Source of the DNA: an uncultured Methanosarcinales archaeon
GTDB lineage: Archaea > Nanobdellota > Nanobdellia > Woesearchaeales > JAHJBD01
DNA length: 64,000 bases
Direction of reading: 5' to 3'
Assembly (NCBI GenBank): GCA_964534665.1
Contig: CAZHRT010000004.1
Location: forward strand, 10,956-74,955
Shown: positions 59,701 through 64,000 of the stretch, piece after piece
How the letters are laid out: each line of letters opens with the position of its first letter
Numbering within the stretch: position 1 is the stretch's first letter
Notes under the pieces: model-generated
Told to the model about the DNA's origin: nothing
Database searches by the model: none
The model's input: only the letters and a program-made list of their open reading frames with translations
Translations under genes and position numbers: made by a program

Positions 59701-62700
59701 ACTGCAACAGACACGTATTTAGAAAACGTTAGTATAACTGTTGGCGAAGGCGATGGCAGCGTATCAACAATTGCAACATTCACAGGAAATGATTGGAACA
59801 CAAATATCAACTTAGCTGCCGGTGTAAACACTATCACAATCACAGCAAACGATAGTGCTAAAAACATAAACCAAACAACCATCACAATTACAAAAGTAAC
59901 ACAGCGTCCAACAGCACCTACATTAATCTCTCCGCCAAAATATATTGGAGATGACAAATATATAATAAAAGGATTTGTTGACATTCCTAACATGGACATC
60001 CATGTTTACTTACTTCATCAAGGAACAAATATCCCTGAGTTAACAGGTCAGTTAGGAATAGATATTTCATCAGAAGATCTAGATTATTCTCAAATAGAAA
60101 CTTACGACTATAATTACTATTCAGATACGTCAGGACCAACTTCTGAAATATTTTTACAAGGCACATATGATAAAAAACTCGGATTAAAATCAATTGGCAT
60201 ATCTGGAGAAATAGATGATATAATAAAGGCAGGATTACAACAACAAGAATTATATATTTTATTTGACAACGAACAATATAATCTGCCAGATTATCAAAGA
60301 TATAATATTGATGATACACACACAACTATCTTTGGTACAAACCATTGGTTAGACTTTGTAGATGATTTACCTTCTAGTTTACCTGATAGTGGAGCTTTTA
60401 CAATATACACTTTAGATAAGCCAACAGGATGGTTTGAAACAGAGATAACATTAAAACCAGAAAATAACACTTACATTTATGTTTATGGTGAAGAATTTAC
60501 TTTAACTCCAATAATACCTTCTATTAAAGAAATATTATATGATGCAGAATTACCTATCATTAGTCAAGTAAGACCGCCAGCAGTAACCGCCCAGTCAGAT
60601 TCATCAATTCAAGCTAGGTTAAATGGCACTGGAACTCCAGTAGATGTTTCTTCAATAATAATTACCTTAAAAGGTTCAGACAGAGACATATTTGAAAGAC
60701 TAACCGATGTAGAGGGTTATGGTTGTTCAGGAACTTGTACTTTGACTTGTGAGAACCATTTCTGTGATTTAGTTTATCAACCAATTGATGCTTTTACCGC
60801 TGGTTTTTATAAAGTTAACATTACTTTAAATGACTCAGTTAATAACTTAAAATGGCGGGACTGGGATTTTGAGTATAATCCATTAGCCATAACTCGGCCA
60901 GATTTTACATTAAACAATTCCCTACTCTTTGGTGTAGATGAGGGGGCAAAATGGCATACTTCAAATCAACTGCCCGACTTTAATTTCTCATTTAATAAAG
61001 CTGTAAATATATTAAGTGTAACTCTTGGCGATGACACATTACAACCACTTTCACAATCTGTTGATAATCGAAATTATAGTTATCGTGCAATAAATGCATT
61101 AACTGAAGGCGACCATACTATTACTATTTCAGCTCAAAGAATATTAGGTGATGGGACACCTGGTGGGCAACAAGATTATCCTTTCAACATATACATAGAT
61201 ATTTCAGGGCCGTCTGTTTCATTTGTTAACTTACCTGAATCATTTGAATATAACGACGCAATTTCAGCAACAGCTTCCGATACAACTGGAATAAAGAAAG
61301 TAGATCTTATTGTTAATACAGCCCCATATGAATTAACGTCTGGTGAACCAGGAACATATTCTTTTACATTTGCAGAACTAGGGGTTACAATACAACCAGA
61401 TACACCGTATACACTCCAATTACAAGGAACAGATGTATTTGATAATCCTTCATCATCAGAAAGTTCACAAATCACATTAACAGATTCAACTAATCCAGTA
61501 ATCTCTTTAGTTTACCCAGAAGATCTGGGTGAATATACCGGATATGTTAATTCACCAACACCAACAATTACTGTACGTACAGATGATCCTGGAACATGCC
61601 AAATATCAACTTTTGAACCAGCAGTGTGGGGTGCAGTATCTGAGTTTGTTTATGATAGTGATGATGATTCAAGTGGTCAACTACACGATTTTAATTTGAA
61701 TCTACAACAACAAGGTGAAAACTATTTCCTAAGATGTACTAACCAATTTACTGGTCAAACAGACGAATCACTTAACATAGTTTTAGATAATACACACCCA
61801 ATAATTACTAGTGTACAATCTTCTGGTGGGTTAGTATTAATAGATACAACATCCAACACAATAACTGTAGAAACAAACGAACCAACATTATGTAATATTA
61901 GCGATTATAAATTAGATCAAACACCTTGGTTTGAAAATGTCCAAATTAGTGATGGACATACACAAGACCATTCTTATACAAGCAACCTATTTGGTCAAGG
62001 TATACATAGGATCAATATTGATTGTATTGATCAAGCAGGAAACAAAGCAGCACAATTCAATACACCATATGATATAACTTTTGAAATACAACTGTTCGTT
62101 GATGTTATTATTAATGAAACCCAAGTTTCTGGTACACCTAATGGTGGAACAACTAATATTGATACTCCAGAATTAATGGTAAAAGTTAATCAACAGGTAA
62201 CATGTACTTTTGATGGTCAAACAGGGACACCATCTGAACCAGAGGCAGACGCTACAGGTCAAATGTTTTATTATTATTACTTAGCTATTGACTCTGCTTT
62301 GGGAAACACCCAACATGAATATGATGTCTCCTGCATTAACACTAAAAATTCACAAGACACAGAAACAATAATCTTTACAGTAGACACTCAACCACCTTCT
62401 ACCCCAACTATAACTTCACCAACAGACAGTCAAACAGTTGGAAGAACAATTACTGTTGATGGAACAACCGATACAGATGCAACCCAAGCAATAATTAAAA
62501 TTGGCGATTCTGAAACAACAACTGCTGTAACTAGCCAATCATTCTCACAAGAAATTGATATTTCAGAAGAATCAGAAGAAGAACTTGGAATTACTGTTCA
62601 ACTAGTAGATCAATTTGGTGATCTTGATAGCGGAAATGGAAGAAGTTCTACAGCTTCAGTAACAGCAATTCTTGATAAAACATCACAACCACCAATATGG

Positions 62701-64000
62701 GGTGAAGAATTAATACAATATACTAACAGTGTTAGTGATGCACAAATATATGGGACAGCAGAACCAGATTCAAAAATTTCTTGTTATAATGCTTCAGAAA
62801 ATGGGGGTAATGGAGATTTTATTGAACCAATTGCAACAGGGGACCACGATGCAGATGAAAACGGAATTTTTAGTTGTGTTGTATCTTTAACACAAGGCAC
62901 AAATTATATCTACGCAACAGCAATTGACAATTTAACTAATCCAGTTAGCGAAAGATCAGAATACATTAATGTTATATTTGACGATAAATCACCACAATTC
63001 TTAGTAGGTAGCAATAAACCAAGAGATAATGGATTAAACTATCAACATCGAACACTCGAAATTAAATTTAGAGATCTTGGTGGTGTTATTGACAGAACTC
63101 AAATTGAAATGAAACTTGATAATGAACTGGTTTCCAATCTTATTACAATTTCTCCACAAGAACAAGATGGGTCAACCATTTACTGGATAGCAAGAGCTGA
63201 AGTTACTCCAAATGATAAAGAAGACCATAATGTGACAATCTTAATAAAAGACAAAGCAGGAAACTCAAATTATACTAATTGGACATTTAATGTTCTCATT
63301 CCCCCACCATGTAATGATGGTCTTGATAATGATGGTGATGGCTTCTGTGATTTCTTTGGTTCAGAGTGTATCGAAGAAGGTGTTCAGCCTGGAGACTTAG
63401 GTTGTGATAGTCAAACAGACGACGATGAAACAAATTATGTTTGTGGAACAGATACTGGTACTGATGAACAATGTTGTGATGGTCTTGATAATGATGGTGA
63501 TGGTACCCTAGATTATGGTGGTGAAAATGGGGACACAGATTGTGACAGTATTAAAGATAATCTAGAAGAAGAAATTATTATTCCTATCTGTGGAGACAAT
63601 ATCTTAAATCAAATAACTGAAGATTGTGATGGTGATGAGTTAAAAGATTTAACTTGCCAAGAATTTGGTTATGGTGGTGGCGAACTTGTATGTACTGATT
63701 GTGCATTTATAACTGATAGCTGCGATACTCAGGCAACTACTTATTGTGGAGATAACATTCAGAACAGAGATGCCGAAGAATGCGATGGTGCAGATTTAAC
63801 AGGTATAACCTGCACAACTTTAAGTGATATTTATACTGGTCCAGGATTAGCTTGTACCTCTGACTGTCAATTTGATTTATCAGCCTGTGAATTAGTAACT
63901 GGAGAAACACCTCACTGCAACGATGGAACAATCAATCAAGTTTCAGAATTATGCGATACAGTCGATGTAAACAGTGTAACTTGTCAAGATCTTGGTTTCT
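50773..64000 (+). CDS. Giant secreted surface protein 3 (>4400 aa, 3' partial, runs off the window) with tandem ~940-aa repeats and C-terminal Myxococcus-type Cys-rich repeats
   Basis: The start overlaps the previous stop (TAATG). Signal peptide MNNLNKIWISILVLISLVTTVNA|GR. No + strand stop in this frame through nt 64000 (spot-checked at 57001, 63901 and 63961). Only short antisense ORFs are present across 13 kb. Confidence 0.75.
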   Translation, partial: MNNLNKIWISILVLISLVTTVNAGRAYCSDTECQQVWFDGSYATLNDSTPSPWTRFYNGATPVTNLVQNAELTVINYRGSETIALPFGGFNYHHYSGSLNADDLSLHNYTIKNENPLDTGKYLFHAELQSPTGRVQTYELGFNIDVTKPAITSIKINDDSYTSGNKEVAIDQPITIEITANDNDGEVDIATGVQGINITEGATTINLTNTTPAKTTFTYTFPANYYSSLGTHTFTILVYDEVLNVNDGQTFTLELTAAAPIPADIINIPSPSYTNLNSLPIKGTAQLEVDVNIRSLYLEGGQLLSTTVNPVTVPITHISESLGTELVVDQLDTTTIRVSKDTADQVLTWLTELSGNENLYMEIPNHDLGNKDRYLVLFSRPVTSEIEGHYNQITIQQDLVAQLSPGTGMAFYNEPKPEGWFETSIPLAINKLNTLKISTSKFGAETFLDDIQIIHDSILPKQSHEPSKTDSITPTIIVKLDGTGTPINQDEVTLSIETLGVNQPISAFNLNCNIESQPNNCTLTYQLTTTRGAFHNITVNANDSAGNRMDTLTWEIEVIDEQDVTAKFDITGATTIPGILNTNFTTDNAPEFNFVFSQEVEIVSAVATFNEDAPVIPPIPTLPNPGTLIESNFVFTPDTTFTQGSYQITVTYKIRHEGTSLSAESKTFDFVVDLNPPVFDLTKTTELSGTIEKNADINISAIVNDISRVNSVIATINSKDYDLHPSKESNNHTLTIKEFAEDLTLGTPYTLTLTATDYFGKTKSETMTFTLEDQQPPIINKLSPINVNTDNPTIVITTNEEASCVMTFGAAPLQTSDPGTSTSYGYEHTFTLSGLILGEPNTPSFTCTDDSFNPTTEGDFSYTYSTENTELTITSSNGEGTAPVSITTLQDVGEEENIVSTLTVSTSQVETQCYYLVQANQPLEADFTSENIINSGFATTHSLTINYDDLTSGIEGTQYNYWFLCKDRSETYVEDTSIGLLIDLKLSLIKYTPIITNSEDIDLEIDVVRNSICSFKTGSDAYQTFSPNRLTHHTTTLTGLSEGTNNYGIQCFEGGTLGSSEERQQFESAITITVDTIKPKLEINSYNKITSSSAVQLSGTATDTNLENVSITVGEGDGSVSTIARFTGSTWNANINLADGDNLITIIANDSAKNINDTIITITKVTSGPTLQNMVTISDYVGSSELTVIGYYNVPDAVVSMYFLEDGTDINGLPLGQGQNPSDLGTAELEDFNYQKTTHTIGPQPVMGSTINIAGSNIDNNEILVSETDRLVINDFKTANGAAYASFGDENNLPDLTYYEVDVTRQAGSGNSAQYWVKFIDNIPTNIDTLTTFTIHSSEKPTGWFKTIVNLNSDVKTYVYLTAEYLTLTGPITYYETVYDSQNPTITNALPQVITTKLNIPISAKLDGTLSPVDVNSIVLTLNDQIFNNWEITGLETAASCSENAGCLLDCNENICDLGFALDFTPQDTENGFWIDGQTYKVNISFNDTAKRFIWKDWEFMVDTSQVSQPNFGLNNSKVIEDKYYTSLSRPSINVSYLETVEVTSQSLKLGEGIISANIIETYTEADTKFNYTIDTGLSSGTYTFLIESKRIFEGEVRSDPLTHPFPFIVDKSVPILTSPSTFEGNEVEFNYQGNLEVTVTDDSLVDSVFIILNEGTIDEIKHKLTFTEGNYKIAFQDLGLQLDDNPTIKYWANDTFNQQNEITSNQITIVDKQPPRLSLLSSEYVATHLPTIVVNTSEQASCEMNITGTTTRLGTTSQGTPHADHGFIHELTGLTFNELFPDVSQEITLACKDPQGNSASKPYTITYSLTQTQITLTSNNGEGPTSPNTYSITDILDSGDVTNLIINTGMVNTECFYKENELLPAIGDITQKIEGGYSTSHSQSITLPLARGTNQQTYSYHVYCKDISGQYESEIVSVNLFVDLDLNLVSYSPAFTNTVDPTFSIDIVRPAYCEFKTGGNAPSTFQRSADIHHSTELRSLSEGSNLYNIRCYDTIAGYDSSDERNRFDTDIDIVVDTINPQLTVNTFNQRTGDTQVSLSGTSTDTNLENVSITVGESDGSVSTLAKFTGNDWNANINLADGINIITITANDSAKNANTTTIAITKVVSGPTLVNYVQIPSYTNSQELEFIGYISSPDSTVNMYFLEHGANINQALLGTGIEPNTLNSGHLATYNYDHATTPSSEQSIQGQTFDIESRNLPDNELEISEDARNYIEQFITENSAAYLSFGDGNNLANLTRYKVDNTFDRGVGEGKTYWVTPTEILSGEFSATSLTVYSTAKPTGWFKLSKNLNPEVKTYVYLFGEEFEKQGQITLLDTFYDITPPTGAHNPTLTEIVTPTVEVELDGTNIPINTNSVVLKVEGSDIPLCGEGDCFNLNCESDDEDPNTCKLSYTLPESEATRLIHVEASDRAGNSLSPVLEWDLDFVEFVSITPDFKMFSGETRVDVNIEGITNKVFTGTDTPNLVFDFSSAPIPAEDNFKVISAVITGPDGVTVPTLTFSGEDTGKIFTYTSTAFNSGEYQVTLTYHRVKSGQELSEQTSDFTFVIDLAGPNIDLVTTFENNQIEQDYAGNLEVSVTDTSNINNVYLIVDDNEDPHYPLTFNPETSNYELNFQSLDLSLNSHDIDFKAFDQFTNGDNEPTTFTIVDTQPPKLSLLSSEYVRDPSPTIVVNTSEQASCEMNYTGTTTQIDTTTEGVLNPIHGYLHTFTGLTFDPQITDVSQSVTFACKDSEGNSASKSYSITYSLTQTETTLTSSNGEEPTSPNTYSITNLEDGGDVTNILIDTGMVNTECFYKENELLPAIGDITQKIEGGYSTSHSQSITLPLARGTNQQTYTYWAYCKDLSGQHVSDIQQINLFIDLQLSLVRYLPVYTNNPTPTLSIDIVRSAYCKYKTGSDDYVTFKPTPDNHHEIQLTTLSETTHNYDIQCFKESSGYDSSSERDKFVTPIPITVDTTNPELTVNNYNVRTNLNQISLSGTATDTYLENVSITVGEGDGSVSTIATFTGNDWNTNINLAAGVNTITITANDSAKNINQTTITITKVTQRPTAPTLISPPKYIGDDKYIIKGFVDIPNMDIHVYLLHQGTNIPELTGQLGIDISSEDLDYSQIETYDYNYYSDTSGPTSEIFLQGTYDKKLGLKSIGISGEIDDIIKAGLQQQELYILFDNEQYNLPDYQRYNIDDTHTTIFGTNHWLDFVDDLPSSLPDSGAFTIYTLDKPTGWFETEITLKPENNTYIYVYGEEFTLTPIIPSIKEILYDAELPIISQVRPPAVTAQSDSSIQARLNGTGTPVDVSSIIITLKGSDRDIFERLTDVEGYGCSGTCTLTCENHFCDLVYQPIDAFTAGFYKVNITLNDSVNNLKWRDWDFEYNPLAITRPDFTLNNSLLFGVDEGAKWHTSNQLPDFNFSFNKAVNILSVTLGDDTLQPLSQSVDNRNYSYRAINALTEGDHTITISAQRILGDGTPGGQQDYPFNIYIDISGPSVSFVNLPESFEYNDAISATASDTTGIKKVDLIVNTAPYELTSGEPGTYSFTFAELGVTIQPDTPYTLQLQGTDVFDNPSSSESSQITLTDSTNPVISLVYPEDLGEYTGYVNSPTPTITVRTDDPGTCQISTFEPAVWGAVSEFVYDSDDDSSGQLHDFNLNLQQQGENYFLRCTNQFTGQTDESLNIVLDNTHPIITSVQSSGGLVLIDTTSNTITVETNEPTLCNISDYKLDQTPWFENVQISDGHTQDHSYTSNLFGQGIHRINIDCIDQAGNKAAQFNTPYDITFEIQLFVDVIINETQVSGTPNGGTTNIDTPELMVKVNQQVTCTFDGQTGTPSEPEADATGQMFYYYYLAIDSALGNTQHEYDVSCINTKNSQDTETIIFTVDTQPPSTPTITSPTDSQTVGRTITVDGTTDTDATQAIIKIGDSETTTAVTSQSFSQEIDISEESEEELGITVQLVDQFGDLDSGNGRSSTASVTAILDKTSQPPIWGEELIQYTNSVSDAQIYGTAEPDSKISCYNASENGGNGDFIEPIATGDHDADENGIFSCVVSLTQGTNYIYATAIDNLTNPVSERSEYINVIFDDKSPQFLVGSNKPRDNGLNYQHRTLEIKFRDLGGVIDRTQIEMKLDNELVSNLITISPQEQDGSTIYWIARAEVTPNDKEDHNVTILIKDKAGNSNYTNWTFNVLIPPPCNDGLDNDGDGFCDFFGSECIEEGVQPGDLGCDSQTDDDETNYVCGTDTGTDEQCCDGLDNDGDGTLDYGGENGDTDCDSIKDNLEEEIIIPICGDNILNQITEDCDGDELKDLTCQEFGYGGGELVCTDCAFITDSCDTQATTYCGDNIQNRDAEECDGADLTGITCTTLSDIYTGPGLACTSDCQFDLSACELVTGETPHCNDGTINQVSELCDTVDVNSVTCQDLGF
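54094..59724 (+). repeat. Intragenic tandem repeats of ~2.8 kb (periods 2826 and 2805 nt) inside giant gene 3; at least three copies, with diverged partial copies on both sides
   Basis: Anchor string NVSITVGE(G/S)DGSVST(I/L)A.FTG.DWN.NINLA.G.N.ITI.ANDSAKN occurs at 54094, 56920 and 59725. Co-periodic anchors SC(V/E)M.(F/I/Y)..., KPTGWF...YVY and others have the same spacing. Confidence 0.85.

Overview
AT-rich (~30% GC) archaeal chromosome segment, probably from a DPANN-like or small-genome euryarchaeal lineage; the taxonomic call is inference.

Positions 1-24 kb form a dense information-processing core. It carries M24 and M29 aminopeptidases, PAN, aIF2-beta, MCM with an RPA32-like partner, TBP, CimA, a TrmB regulator, Hjc, RNase Z, EndA, FEN-1, Trm5, and an orc1/cdc6–polD-small–polD-large operon. 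A textbook oriC with two inverted ORB elements flanking a microsatellite-rich DUE lies directly upstream of cdc6.

Positions 24.9-33.2 kb hold a tightly packed accessory island, and this is the best candidate for an undescribed system. It reads Rpp30 – two U32 paralogs (UbiU/UbiV-like) – an extended A24 prepilin-peptidase-like protease – two tandem HxsD-like small proteins – a radical-SAM/SPASM enzyme. Converging on it from the other strand are a second radical-SAM/SPASM enzyme plus an 89-aa membrane-anchored peptide with a His-rich C-terminal tail. A Cys-rich secreted protein and a HemN/HemW-like radical SAM follow. Together this looks like an archaeal variant of the His-Xaa-Ser (HXS) peptide-maturation system, fused to a U32 pair and a class-III signal peptidase.

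Positions 33-64 kb are dominated by cell-surface genes. These are an NHL-propeller protein, three consecutive giant Cys-rich secreted proteins (1971 aa, 2567 aa, and more than 4400 aa running off the window), a sequon-rich membrane glycoprotein, and an unannotated 47-aa ribbon-helix-helix gene overlapping the start of the second giant gene. The last giant gene contains at least three tandem ~2.8-kb intragenic repeats and ends, within the window, in Myxococcus-type Cys-rich repeats.

Two further items are worth noting: an array of four identical 17-bp perfect palindromes, and a GC-rich C/D-box-like element between the convergent trm5 and polD genes.
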